In this document: one piece after another, positions 12,987-27,900 of the stretch | How positions within the stretch are numbered: the first letter of the stretch is position 1 | Layout: the number at the start of each line of letters is the position of its first letter | Assembly (NCBI GenBank): GCA_046563655.1 | Contig: CM102290.1 | Span: 9,920,001 to 9,984,000 of the forward strand | Source of the DNA: Yuukianura sp. NJ FZ-2021 | Taxonomy: Eukaryota | Direction of reading: 5' to 3' | Length of the DNA: 64,000 nucleotides | Program-made: the position numbers and the translations under genes | Notes under the pieces: generated by a model | What the model was told of the DNA's origin: nothing | The model's input: only the letters and a program-made list of their open reading frames with translations | The model's database searches: none

Positions 12987-15900
12987 CTGCATTTAATATT
13001 CCACAATCAAAAATTGGCCAACTCAGTTCGGCGCCCTTTTTCAATTTTTTTTTGTCTTTTTTCCGAAAATCCAACCAAATCAAAATATCTACAAAAATAA
13101 ACAGCCTTTGATGCGATATAGAGTGAGTTAATTAGAGTCCGCTGGGAACCACTCCGTCTTTCTCTGCCGTCGTCGGAAGACGGAGGAGAAAGCGCTGCGG
13201 AAACGGCGTCTCTTCGTTAAGCATTTGACAACAAAACACAGTTTTCACCCGCCACTGACTCCGCTGACTTTTATTTCGGTTTTACATCTCCCTTATTATT
13301 CTCCCTCACCCGCCCGCCCGTTGACATTGGAAACCACAACGGAAGCAACCTTGTCTCCGCTCTCCAAACACAAACCCACTCTCGTATATTAATGGCCCTT
13401 CATTAGCAACCAGTTCGTTACAACCTCCACACCGGCACACACTATTCTCAAACCTCCTTTAAAAAAACGAAAGCACTTTTCTGCCAATGTTTCTTTTGAA
13501 TTTGTACTTAAGCAGAATAAGCTAGTTAAGTTTAGCATAGTAAACCTAAAATGCCGACAGATCAAACCGAAATCTAAAAAAATGAATAACCGAAATTCAG
13601 AGAAATTCAAAAGTTCTAATAACACTCGTGTAAAACTTGTTTCTGCTCCAAACTAACTCAATTCGAAGTAAATTAGAAAAACGGTGATTCCATATTTTGT
13701 TTTTAATACACATGTACTTTAGTATGGGGTGGACGGGACTTGTCCTAATTCGTCTTTTCGGTGGGGATGCTCAGGTGGACGGAAGTTGTAAGTTTTGGTG
13801 ATGAAGACGAGATGGTAATGAGAGGCGAGTGATCATTAAGACGGAAGAGTGGAGAGAAAGTTGCCGCTTTCTAATCCTCACTTTCAAAAACAATCTGGAG
13901 AGACAGGCCTCCTTCCCATCATCCCGCCATCAGGAACTCTCAAAACACTTCAAACTTACTTTCTTACTTTCACTCTCCAGCTCTAATTAATCTCACGTTC
14001 CCCCAACTCAGTCACTTCCTCCCAAGTCCGCAAAAGAACAACCTCACAATCCCACATTTTAAATAACACTAACTAACCTAACACATACATATATACATAC
14101 CATACTTAATATGTATTCACATAAATACGATAATGAATTTATACAGCCGCAAAAGACACATAATATAATTAGTACATGAAACATAAATGCTAAACACAAT
14201 TCATGGACACATACCATAATATACATCACATATGTACATACATACTGGATTACACAGAAAACATGCACAACCTAAGCCAAAGCAGTAATTTTTCATTCTG
14301 AAACTTCTTAAAAATTGTACACAACATTGTGGCGGAAATTTCCCCAAGATTTGGACAAAAACGGAATTTATACACAAAAAAAATCAAATTGTTTTCATCT
14401 TATATAGGTAATTAAAATTATGTTCATTCCTGTTGCTACTTTTTTTTTTTGAAAATTTCATTTAAAATTTTAAAGTCGCCGAGATTTTCTTACGCCAACT
14501 CCAATTTTCACAACACGGAAAAATCATATTTCCGTTCAAACTCAGAAAACTTGTTTCATTTTTTTCTTTGAATCTTTCAGAAGTAATTGCTCATAAGTTA
14601 AACAAAAAAAAAGCTCTATAAAAAGTTGAATGTTAAGCGGGACTTTAAGTGGTGGATTTGGGCAGTTTGTGTGTGCTGGTCTTTGGTGGTGTTGGATTAA
14701 GTCTGTGTCCAATCAATATATACAGACAGAACGAGCGAGAGAGAGCACTGCGTTAGGAAGACTCAAGAGGGGAAAAGACTGACAAACATAAACAAACAAT
14801 AAAACAAACAAAGGAGCCAAAAATCAATAGTTTTTGGGACGCTGTTCCCCCCGCCCCCACTCGCCTTCCATGCAAACCACTCCACCTCCCCCCTCATCTC
14901 CATCAACAACAAAGTCCTAATTCATTGTCAACAAGAGCCCCACCGCCCCCCTCTGACCTCAGAAACACAGTCACTCTCCCCATCATCCCACATGGCTCCA
15001 TCAGCACACACTGTCTTCATCTCTAAATCAACATCCGAACAGGAGAGGCGGCAATCTGCAACGTTTCAAAAACTAACAACTCTCCCGCTGGCGTGGATTA
15101 AACAGTTTTCGAATAATTTCAACTCCACAATCAACTTTTCAACTACACCCCTGGCATCCAAAACAACTTTCACAATCATCCTCCAAAATCGACACGACAA
15201 ACATAATCTAACCTTAAACTTCCAGGTCAAAGGTCAAGGCCACCAAATTTCTCAAATCAACTGACCTTAGGAACATAATCTTAAATGCATAAAGTACGGC
15301 CAGTGTTAAGGTTAGTTTTTGTTATGTTTAAAGGTTAGGTGAGGCCGATGGAAGTTGGTTGAGGTTTTTAAGTGGACATAAAGTGGATGTGGGCTGTTTG
15401 AGAATACTTTGATAAGTTAGGTTGTTGAAGAGTAGCTGTATGCAGCAGCTAACGAAGTTTAGATTTTAAGTTCGTCTCCCCTGGGACAACTACTCCCTCC
15501 TGCCCCTAATTACTTTCACTCTCCAACCCTAACATGTCCACACACTAAAACATTCTACACAACCTCAACTTTTCCGAAACTCAACAACACCGTGCAACTA
15601 AAGGTTGTGCAAAAGAACAATACGTTAAAACTCGCTTTTGTACAACTGAACAATAATTATTATGCTTATGCAACTGCTTTGGAACAACGCCAGTGTCAAC
15701 AACTTCAAAAACCTCACCTGAATTTGGCACTGTTTAGCAACGTCAAACTTCTTTAAACAAAGTTTTCACAGTTTTTTTTCAAAACAACTTTTTCGAAACA
15801 ACATTTTTTTTTCAATCCTCATTTAGAACAAACCCCAAAGGGTTGTTGATTGAACTTTACGGAAAGCTACCCCCACGTCGAAGGAGTTGGGGGTAGCAGG

Positions 15901-18900
15901 AGAGCAACAGTCCACACAAAACACAACACAGTTGAACACAACAAGAAATCAACCAGGCCTCTGCACAACCCACCCCCACTTTCTCCAGAAAACAGCACAA
16001 CTTTCTCCGTTCAAAATTTCCCGCGAAATATTTCCACCGATACGAAATCCAAGGCGATTCTCAAATCAAACGTTCCATATGGCCGTTGCAAGTGCTAACT
16101 TGTGCATTGTGCACTGGACTTGGAAACAATGCTCCTATGTGAACATTATTGTTGTACAGCAGCGTTGTTCACAATTTCGCTGTGAACTATGCACAATCGC
16201 CCAGTGGAACTCTTTTCAGCTCTAAAATGTGACTGACAGGAGCATTAGGGAAAACCCTGTTATTTTGTGCCTGTAAAGTAAAATGTAAGCAAGAACTCTG
16301 CGCTTTGGAGCTGCACTCTCCAGGAAAGAAACAACAACAACAACATCAATCAATAGGCCCTTGTTTACTCTCTCGCCCTCCCCACAACCCCCCAAACAAA
16401 CAACAGCAAGGAAGAGTCCACTCCTCCATCAACAATAACCACTTTCTCTACACACGCATCTTCAACACAATACACTAACTTTACATTATGCATTATTACA
16501 CTTAACATAGTATCTATAGTTTAGCATATTATAGTTAACATTGTATTTACTTAAAATATTACACTTAACATAGTACTATACTGCTGTATAGTATACTGTT
16601 GGACACAAGAGCTGATGATCTTGACCTTGCCAACAATCCATTTGAGAGACACAAAGAATTATTCCATACTCAGATACACAAAAAAAAGAAGTTAGGAAAA
16701 AACAAGAGAACCAATTCAGAAATTGTTGCAAATTCAGCAACTGCAATTCAGCGCAAAATTCAAAGTAAACACATTGATCCTCGCTCAACACGATTCAATA
16801 GCTCTTCCTAAGGAAGACTTCCTCCTTTCAGACGTCTGTCTCTTAAGTCAAAAACAAAAATAACGTAAACAGTCCCATAAAACAATATTAATAACACGCT
16901 TTTCAAAACCTTGACAAACTTGTGCAAAAAAAAAGTTTTCAGACGTATGAAAATACTGTTAAACATTTTTAAAAAACGCGGATATATGGTAAAACCTCTT
17001 CAAAATTCACTGAAACGCTGCAAAAACTTTTTCAAAACCCCGAAAGCTTGTGTATATTGTTTTCAAAACGCATATAAATGCCGTATAGCGTTGTCAAAAC
17101 GCACAAAAATTCTTGAAAATGATTGCTAGAAAAAAAAATAACTCTTAAAAAAATAGATTTTACGAAAAACTAAATTGTATGAAAAGTCGACCTAAAAACA
17201 CAACCTTTGTGAACATCTAGCTTAAGTTTTTATGAAAACCTTGAAGTTAAGTGAAAAGGAAATGAAAAGGAGAAGATTAGGAGTTTATATAACGCTAAAA
17301 AATGATTAGTGGGGGCAAGTAGAGAAATGTTGTTTCACATTTTAATGTTTAAAGCGCCCGATCTTGATTCGTTTGTTGGAAGAACAAAGTCTAGGAGGGC
17401 GGAAGCTTCCTCTTTGCTTTGCTTCTTGCAAAAGACGAAGAAGAAAATGAAAAAGGCGCCGTTTGAGACGTGTGGGGTGCAGGAGGATGTGCCTGATTAT
17501 AAATTTTGATGATAAGGATTTTATGATTCCTCACTGAGGATTCCTCAGTGGAGAGAGAGAGGAAGTGAGGATTGGAGAAGAAAGTGGAGAAAGCTTTTTT
17601 TAAGTTATTGACTCTCATCCAGCACCAGATCCATTGATCTCCACCATTGTAAATAAAAAGGAGAAAGGTTTCTAATCTCTCATCTCCATAACCCCCACCC
17701 CTTCCATTGTTTCGCACATAATTGGCCTCCTCCGCACCCCTCACCCACCCCCTCCCCCCAACCCACCTCCCTTAAGTGCTCCTCATCTGTAAATCAATGA
17801 GGACTCTAATGCATTCCCTGAGAATTGAGGAAGTCCCATTAGCAACCATCTCAAGTTCAAACAAAAATCACCATTCCCGCACATTTCTCCGGGGGGTGGG
17901 GCTGCTGTTTGGTGGGACCAAGGTGGTGGGTCGTGGGTAATGAAGCGGAGCGGTGGGGCAGGACAGGTGATTGATTCCATACCCTTTGTTGTTCCCCTAA
18001 CCCTTCCCCTGCTTTGAGGATAGCAAGGGGATTGATTAGGACAGGAGATTGAATGGCGTTTACTCTTCGTGGGCTCATCCTTGCCAAAAATCCAAAACTA
18101 AAGTGAAAGTCTCACTTTGCCCCAGTAGGAAGATGAGCTACTATACTTCCTCCAACTGAGGCATTAGGCTAGAGTTGTTACGTTTACTTTTTTTACGTTA
18201 GGTTTAGATTTTTTAAGTTAGGTTTCAGTTTTTTTAGGCTAGGTTTTAGGTTGAGGAACTCTCGGTTGCATCAGGAAAATGACAAGAGAGGCTCATGAAA
18301 ATAGTTGGACGATTAATGACTTGCCAACACCAAAATATGCATCAACCGACAGGAGAAAAAAATCAAGGAAAAATGAAGATGGAGGATTCAATTTCCCTGT
18401 GTCGGAGGCAGGCAATCGGAAGGAGGAAGGGAAAACACAATGCACAAACTTCACACCTCGTTTCCGCATTTCTCTTCAATGTAAAATCTTACTCAAAAAT
18501 AAAAACAGAGAGTAAATGCTAAATATACACAATAACAAATACGGTGTAAATAATAATAAATGTAATGTAAATAATAGTACTTGGACCCGGTAGCCAATCT
18601 CATTTTCCCACACTTTTCTAAACTTCCTAGAACATTAACGTCGAAGAGAGCATTAGTGCTGCTTAGTCATTATGGCGGTCAAAGGTCAAGTTACAAATGT
18701 CACAACAGGCTAAAAGGAAGAGGAGCTACACATGCACATTTACAAAACTCCAGTTCACTTAGAGTGGTGCTGGAGGGATGAGAAAACAGCGCTACTTTTG
18801 CCACTACAAAACAACATAGTCACACAGTTAGGTTCCCCTTCCGACAAAATATTATACATCCGAATCCCTTTACTTCTTCTATAAATGCTACTAAACTGTA

Positions 18901-21900
18901 ACAACAATTTCAAAAATCATGCAAATTTTTTTTAATCCAAATATGTTTAAATTTCATTCGAAATCTCAAACATTTCTCAACTCGGCATCCTAAAAATCAC
19001 ATTTAAACGTTCAACGGCGAAATCTCAAAGTTTAACTAAAAAATGCGACGCTTCTCCCCAACATCAACTGCAAAAACTGAAATCGGCCAAATCTGATAGT
19101 TGCTAATTAAAACCTTAAAAGTGAAATCCGGAAACTGCCGATCCGAAGATTTCTTCAAAAAATTCAGTAAATCTGAAGAATTAAAGATTTCTAACCTAAC
19201 ATCTAAAGAAAGACAAAATAAAACTTTCCACTAAAAATCCACCGAAAACTAAGAAATCTCAGAATTTCTTGATAGCAAAACCCATCAAACTTGAAGAATC
19301 CAACACTTCTGAAACATTCCACTAAAATCTGACAAATTTCAGCATTTGACTAAAAGTCCGCCCGAAATTCTAAGAGTCGTAATTTCTTGGAAACGTTTTC
19401 TGAAAAGTACGCATTTGTAAAATATGAAGGATTAATTTTTTTGAACCAAGAGCTGAAATGCAAGCCTTTTCCTAAATAAGTGAAATAACAAGGAAGATGA
19501 GTCGTAAGTTTGTGAAGTTGCCTAATGCTGTAGTCGTGTTTGAAATTGGAATTTGTTTGGCGAAAGTGAGCTTATGGTGTTTTTGGAGACTGGATGGCTG
19601 TTGTTTATGTTGGGGAGTTTGTTGATGTAATTTGTTGGTGGGGTGGATGCTGTAGGAAGTGGCTGTTAGTATTTGTGCATCTGAACACTGCTCACCATCT
19701 GTCAAATTGAGTAAACAAAACCAAATGGTCTCTTGTTTATTCTAAGGGCCACCACCCAACAGACAGCATAAACAACCCACCAATCAATTCAGACCCACCA
19801 GGCCCCACCAGAACCCACCACTACACAACAAACACCCGCATCACGACATATCTACAGCAACCAACTGCGTCATTTCGCAACATTCCGAGCAGAAACAAAG
19901 TTCCCGCTACAGAATATCGCACTCATTTCCAGTCTTCAAAAAACTCAAAATCAATCAAAAAAGTTACTTTTGAAAAATTTTTTTTTTAATTCTCCAAAAA
20001 CTAGAAAAAGCAATACAAACCCAATCTATCATCTAAACTTTGCACCTCCGAAACCGAGAAATTCAATCGTAATTACAAAATATTCGTTGCGTTAACTTTA
20101 AAAAAATTTTTTTTAAAGGAGTTGTTGCCTTTAAAATTTTCCCGCTATACAAATCATCTCAAATTTTCGAAACTACAAACAACAAAACCTGAGACGAAAC
20201 TCCACTGTTTTTCAGTATGCTGTTCAGAATGACGTTTTTTTGAAAATTTTCCTAAGTTTGAAAATAAATTTTACAACTTATTGGTATACCCTTTGTAAAC
20301 AAAAACGTTGGAAACACTGCTCAATGTTCGAAAATTGCAACTTTCAACTTTAAGTTATCTTCCTTGTCCGAAATTACGTTACCGTCAACTTTAGTTAACG
20401 CCAACAAACAAAACGTTAACAAATTAACCCTACGTAAGTTGTCACACCCTGAAACTTAGTAATTCCAACTAGTTACTACCAAACTTTGGACAGTATTTGG
20501 GAGAATGTCGTCAACAGAATCGTAAATCACTGTTTCTACGTACCTCTGGAGGAACAAAGTAAAAGTGGCCCAACTTCATTTCAAACTTTTCCGTCTCCTT
20601 GCGCTACTTGAAGTCGCACGTTAAATATTGTGCAACTTTAGAATCGGTTGCGTGCAACTTTTCCGTTGATTGTTTGCAACTTTCCAGTTGTCTGTGTGAA
20701 CCTTTAAGTTGTTGTTATGTGCAACCCTTGTTGGTTGAAACAAGACGGTGGAGACGAAGACAGTGGCAGTGGAGCTGCTTGGTGTTGTTTTGGAGGAGGG
20801 AAGAAAGTGACTGAGCGAAACAGAGAAAGCGGAGAAAGCACAACACAGGGTGAGGGTGAGGGGTGAAGGAACTCCCTCGTCTTCCACAAAATGGACACAA
20901 CCAACAACCTTCGACACTCCGCTCAAAAGTCTGTTCTAAAACCCTGGTTCAGAACAAAACCCTGTTCAGAACAAGAGTCCGTCCTGGACAAGGGTGGACA
21001 GTGCTGGACACGGCACTCGAGGGAAATTAGACTTTCTGCACTAACAACCTCAACTCATCTGTCTAAACGACCCTACGACCCATCATCACCTTTCTCACAA
21101 ACCCATGGACACTTTTTGCAGCTAGCTGGAATCGAACCCATAACACTCAAACGCCAAAAGAACAATTCAATCCTCAATTCCTACTGCTCTTTCCTCCATG
21201 GATCCAAATGACAACTACTTTTGTAATTCAACCAGCAGCAGAACACTCAATCCCAAACCCAACCATCATTCCAAGTGCTTCAAAAACTCTAAACTCTTTT
21301 ACCCCAAAAAAAATTCAGAAAAGTGTTGACTCAAAACTGTTTAAAAACTGAAAAGTGCTGACTCAGAATTGTTCCGAAAAAAACCGAATCGCGCTTGAAA
21401 ATTGCCCAGCACAACTCTGCGCAGCGTAACTTTAAATATCGTTCAGCCGTTCCAATTCTACTCCAACCAGGGACCATTTTGAAAAAAGGAGCTATAGATT
21501 TCGAAAATGTCAAGATCTTCAAGAAAAAAACCGAACAAAAACATATTGTCCGCATCCTCAGAACAGGAAGAGGGAAGAAGCGGGGTGTGAAAATGTTGGA
21601 ATTCTGAAATTCCCGCCTGTCCAGAATCCCACTTCCTGTTTAGAAATCCAAGAACAACAAATGACCTCTGGTGTAACTTTCACTTCCTGCCAACGAAGGA
21701 ATGAATTGGTTTCTGTGGAGCAGGGTAGGGGTGCAAAGGGGGTGAAGGGTCTCCGGGTACACGTTAAAGTTAGTTTTACGTTAAGTTAGGTTAGTTGTGG
21801 AAACCCACTTGAACTGAGACTCTAAATGGGCTCATCAAGCCCCCTAATCTTAAGTCTCTCGAGTTTTCTGGACGAAATTGGTGTACTGGGCCTGCATACT

Positions 21901-24900
21901 AAATCGGGGTGACTAATTGGAACTGCTGGAATTGGTTTACAACTAAGCGTTGAATACAATTACAAGGTTACACGCAGTGTAAACTGAAAAAAAAAACTGT
22001 CTAAACTTACACGCTGTGTAAACGGAACGAACTGTGTAAAGTTATAGTGTAAAATCAGGAAATTGTGTAAGAATACACATTATATAAACTGAAAAAACGT
22101 GAAACTTAAAAAAAAACTGTACATTACACTGTGTAAACTTCAAAAAATGTGTAGCTTATCCACACTGTAAAAACGGAAAAACTGTAAACCTAAAAAAAAT
22201 TGCAGGTTACGCAATGTACAACCTTAAAATACTGGCAGTTATACACTCGAAATGTGTAACTTTTGCTGCAACTTTGTAAACTCCGACTGTAATTCGGGTA
22301 TCAAACTGTGTAACTCGGACCGTTTTCTAGTCTTGCGGTTGAAGTAAGGAAGGTAATGGTTACCTCTAGTGGTCCCTGGAATGTCCACATGATTCGGTGG
22401 GGTGGTGGGTGGGTTGGTGGGGCCGTGGTCCTAGTCCCACTCTTCGCTTCAACTTCCAAATGACCGTACTAGCACTACTGTCGCCACCACTCTGTTTCTG
22501 GGGCGGCGCATTCAAAAAAAGAGGAGAGCGGAGAAAGTGGGCTAGGAGAGTTTGTCGACGTCTTTTGGTGGGTCGCTGGGTGCTCCCCCCAGATTGAGCC
22601 AAGGAAAATTTTGAAAGGGGTACAACACTCCAACTTCCCTGTTTTAAACACTGAAAATGTGGAGGGAGTAACTATGGCAGAGGAGAGACAAGTGGGCACG
22701 GAGAGAGCAGAAGAAGCACTGATCTCCCTGCTCTCCTTCGTCCCTCATTCAACCCTCCCGACACCATTCTCTGCCCAAAATCACTCCCTCATTGTTGACA
22801 CTTCCAAACCCACTTCCTCCACATCTTCACAAACAAAAGCAATCACACTACAAAATAAAATCATTCATTCTCAAATTTTCAAAAATTCACATTCAAACAC
22901 CCGTGATTTCAAAATTCTCATTGCTAGCCAATTGGAACCTGACCAATCCCAATCCCACTAACCGGATCCATGCAGTGGATTACACATAACAATCGTGGGA
23001 TTAACACGAACCAAAATTGACCTGGATTTCTAACATCTCCGACGTCGAATTTTAAATTTCCACTAGTTTTTGAATTCCAGCTGCCATTTTCTGCCAAAAA
23101 CTGAGTCTAAAAATGTTGGAAGTTGAAACGAATTGGGGCTGTAAGTGAGTAAACAAGGGATTGAGCGATGCAGAAAGACGCGCGGTGCGGTTGTGAATGG
23201 GCAATTAGAGTGGAATGACGATGTGGGGGCGGGGGAGAGTCCCCTTGAGTTGAAAGTTGAAATGCCTCATAAATGTCATCTTTTTACGAGTCTCTCATAA
23301 TGTAGACATTGAGAGGGAGCGGAAACTGGCATTTGTTTTATACGGAGATATTTATGGGAGCCATAAAGAGAAAGCAACGGAGAAGGTATTTGAGACACTG
23401 TCCACGCTCAACGGAAAAAATTACTTTTCCCGGGTCACCATTACTCAGCCCACGGGCTAACTTCACGCAGAAAAGTGACGTCTCATGGGTCAACTTCATA
23501 AGAAGTCGGGCTAAAATAGGCTAACTTCAGAAGAAACCGCGCAAAAGTGGGTCAACTTCAGAAGGAACCGGGTTAAAATTGGCCAAATTATGTAGAAATT
23601 TGAACACGAAGGGGTAGCCTCACAAACGGGTTAAAATCAGCTGACTGGCACTATAGGAACGGGTCAACTTCAACGTGGTCCCATACGTCCAATGCAACGT
23701 ACACTTGATGCCATAGGTTAACTTCATACAAATGTTATATGGTAACTCAAAGCCAACGGCGTTTCATAGGTTAACCTGTCCAGAGACTAGTTAGTCTCCT
23801 GATTAGCCCGGTTACGCACAGGTTTGCGTAACTTTTGTAATGTAACTGTTCTGAGTAACAGAACGGTGAAAAGTGTAAGTGTGAAAGTGAAAGTTGGAGG
23901 TAACCGCTTCCCTGTTTCCTGCCTCCGAGTCAATGATAATGAAATGCCAACAGATGTTGTTTCACCACGCTTATCAAGCTCCTCAGTTCCAATTAGCATA
24001 AGAGAGACAAAGTGGAGTTAAGATCCAGTCACTCGCAGTCAACACCTCACCACATGCCTCCATCCCAAACCCCACCAAGACCCACTGTAGCCATGCCAAC
24101 CCCACCAAATCCCACTTCCCCCCGTCAAACACCTTCACTCAACCGCCACTCGATCCCCCAACCACACTCTCTCTAAACTTTCTTCCATTTTAATTCTAAT
24201 TTCATTACACCAACTTTTTCCACTTTCATCCATCCATCCCCCCTTCTTGTTTATCTCTCAGCGAAACATTTATGAAGGGGAAACTTCACCATAAACTTCA
24301 AACTTCAAAAACCAAGTAAAAAAACATATCATCGCATTGTTTCTAATTCTGAAAATAATTCCATGTAGAATATCAAAAATTTCTTTAAACTAAAGTAGCC
24401 TTTTTTCGACAATTTGAGTAAAAAGGGATTCTCGAAGAAATCGTTTGATTTGGCAATTTGGAAAGTGACACGTTTTAAAAATTAAAATGGGCCATTTCCC
24501 ACCAAAAGCCAAGTGAAAGCTGTTTGAAAAGACGTCAAAGTTTGATGATGGTGTCAATGTAAATGAGCAGAGTAAAAGTTGAAGTGTCCCTGATTCCCGC
24601 TTTGGGATTGTCTCAGAAATGCGATCAGTTTGGGTGGAATTGGTTCTGTTTTGCCTTGTCAGCAGTTCGGCAGGAGAGCCCTTTTGATCCCCTAAGCCTC
24701 AGCTCACCATTAGGAGAGCTCCATTGAGGCTCTGGACATGAATGGACCCACTTCCGTTCAGTTATGGGTCCCACCTTACCATGGAGGTCGTAGAGACAGA
24801 TCCAATCATGATAATTTTCAACTGAGGGATTAAGGTTAGGGAGGGGGTGGGTGGGTCATGGTGGGATTGGTTTAATCCCACCAAAGAGAGCACAAGTGGA

Positions 24901-27900
24901 CCCATGAATTCGGCGGGAAAACGAACTTTCTTTCTACCTTGGCACAATCTCAACTCCGTTCGGAGTGGGGACTCGATTGGACGAAACTCGGAGAAAGTAA
25001 AAGTGAAAGAGTAAAGAAAAGTTTTTGGCAAGCGGAGACTTTGAATTGTGGAAATTTTCAGTAAATGTCAGAAATGAACAATAGGCGTCATTATGGTCAT
25101 TCTTGCATATAGCACCGTCCATCCAAACTCCGCCGAAAACTACCCCAACTTCCACTTTCTCCTCCCTCTTGGCACTAAACTCTCCAAATAAATAAAAAAC
25201 CTTCAATAAGACAAATTCCTAGCACTCACCAACACTATTGCTAGCCTAAAGTAAACCGAACAAATCCAACTTCAACTGCACATCCATATCCCAACCTAAC
25301 ACCCTCTCCAAAAATAAATCATTTCTAATTCTAACCAACCTAATTCCACAAAACTCAACTATAACCTAATCTTGAACAACCTAATAAATAACCTAATTTT
25401 AAACATCGTAACATGGATGTTCAGATTTATCTTAACTTGCCTTGACCAAAACTTGTCAATTTCCAAAAGATAAAAAATACTACATAATGGTTACGCATAT
25501 CTTCCACAAAATATGACACGTACTCACTTTCTAATATGAATTCACCACAAATTTCAAGCAAAATAAATTGAACTTTTGTTTTCCCTAGAATCATTCTACG
25601 AATACACTTTCATAATATAAAACGATAATATAAATAATAATAATAATAGAAAAAAAGGTTTCCCAAATTTTCAACTCTCGAGGCAAACTTTTGGTGTGAA
25701 AGTTTTGAAAAAAAAACTACTATTTTCTTTGTTCACTTCTGATGACGCAAACAATTTTCGACAAACAGAATTTCATTCAAAGTTCATCGAATTTCACAAC
25801 GACTGACAAACTGCCATTAGCGCAAACAAACCCAACGTTTCATTAGTATGACAAGTAAATCCGACTCAAAAATTGTCCAGAAAGAGGTAGAGGGGAGGAG
25901 AGGTGGAGAGTGTCCGTGGCCTTTGTAAAAAGGCGATAATTCCACGAAGAGGCCATGAGGTGTGCAAAGAGTTGGAAGTATTGATCGTCTAGAAGGCTGC
26001 AGAAGGTATCGGCCCAGTTCCTGCCGATTATGAAACGCCCCGAGAGACACGGGAGCGGAGAAAGTCAAAGGGAGAAAGTGGGATATGCGAGGGACGGAAT
26101 GAAAAATGAATTGGGATCTCCATATCTTGTCTGTTTTGATTTTATTCTTTTAGGTTGAGTGCACTGCAACTGGATCTCCACCCACTTTCACTCCGCTCTC
26201 TCTCTGATCCATCATACAGAGAGACGTGAATTATTCCTGCTCTCTCTTCTGTTTTCATAAACAGTCCAATTACGAACAGATCACCATTCAACTCAAAAAC
26301 AACCACCATCTCCTTAACAAGCATCCATTGCCCCTCTGGACATAACCTAACCGTTTCAACATAACCTCATTTCCATATCCCTACAACAGGCACCGTTTCA
26401 CAAACAAACCTAAATCACACTCACTGTAATCAAATCAACTATGCAGGGGAAACAGCTCCAACAAAATCACCAACAAAACTTTTCCGTGCAAGACCAAAAC
26501 TCTTCACAAAACACAATTTTTTCTGCCAAGTAAAACCACCACGTCAAAAGTTCGCTGTCTAGCAAAACAAGGACGTAGCTGCTACGTCTTCATTAGAAGG
26601 AAACGCAAATGCAACGTAATAAAAACAACAAACAACGTAATTCCCAAGTTTGCAACCAAAGAGAAAGTCCGAAGACTTCGTTTTCAGATTAACAAAAATG
26701 GCGTTTTTCTAAACGTTTCTGAACACAAAAGTAAAAATGTAGGAGTTTGGATTTTCAATTTTGTTTCACAATAGACTTTCTTAATTTTGTTTCAGCGGTG
26801 AATAAAAGAAGAAAAACTGAAAAAGAAGAAGAAATTTGTGTTTTAGTTTTTCTTTTGTTTTAAAATGAGAAACAATTGAGTGGATTATTGTTGACAAAAG
26901 GAGAGGAGAAAGTGGATTTATTTGACTCAAGTCTCAGGAGAAAGAGGGGGAAACTTCTTCCGAGGTTTATGCAACTCTCAAAGCGCCTTACACATCTCCT
27001 GGCTCCCACTTTTAAACTTTCACTTCCTCGCTTCCACAAAATAAAAAAAATACCCAGTCTTTATTCCGATTCTTCCATCCTACCTGCAGCAAAACTTATC
27101 AAACCAACGTCCCAAATATTCCAAAAAATTTCACAAATGAAGCGTCAATATGTTCAAAACGAAGAAAATCATAAAATTCCAAAACTGCAAAAAATACGAA
27201 TTCACAACAATGTAGGAAAATCTGAGAAACCATAAAGCATAACGTTAGTTATTCCCATAACTTAGAACCTGAAAAGGCCATATTTGCAAAGCGACAAACA
27301 AAACAATTTTTAGGAAGACAACAAAAGATCCATATTTCCAAACTACAAAAACGAAAACTTCGGCGATTAATCCAGTATTACAACTCGTAATAAAAAATGG
27401 GAGTAAATATATGAACTAATAACCCAAAAACAACAAACAAAAAAATCCCTGAATTTTTAAGCAAAAACTGGAGACATATTGAAAAACTATAAGGCAATTT
27501 GAACCGATGTTGGAAATTAATGTCATGTTTACAACTCCGAAAAAGTGAGCCTTATTTCGAAACATCCTTATACTACGTATCATCTCCTGCCTACGGGAGG
27601 AGAGGAACAAAGTGAAAGTTCGTGTGATGCGTCACTTTCACCTTTCATAGTCGTCTTTCCGTCCTTCAAAAAAAGGCCGCGGAAGACGAAAAAGGATTCG
27701 GAAATTGGAGGAGAAAGCCGCTTTCTCCCTTCAATTGTTTCCCGCGCTAATCCCAACCAGTTTAAAAAAATCATTCCGCCATCTCCCTAGCTCTTTTCCT
27801 TATAAGGGGAAAACTGAGAATTTTTTTGGGGCATAGGAAAAAGTGGAAAAGTCTTTTCGGGGGCAAAGGGAAAGTGGGAAAAGAAACAATTAATGCAGTG

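Noticed and set aside
23450..23780. Regularly spaced repeats resembling a CRISPR array
   Set aside because: Eukaryotic context, degenerate repeats, spacers similar to each other, no cas genes: a minisatellite.
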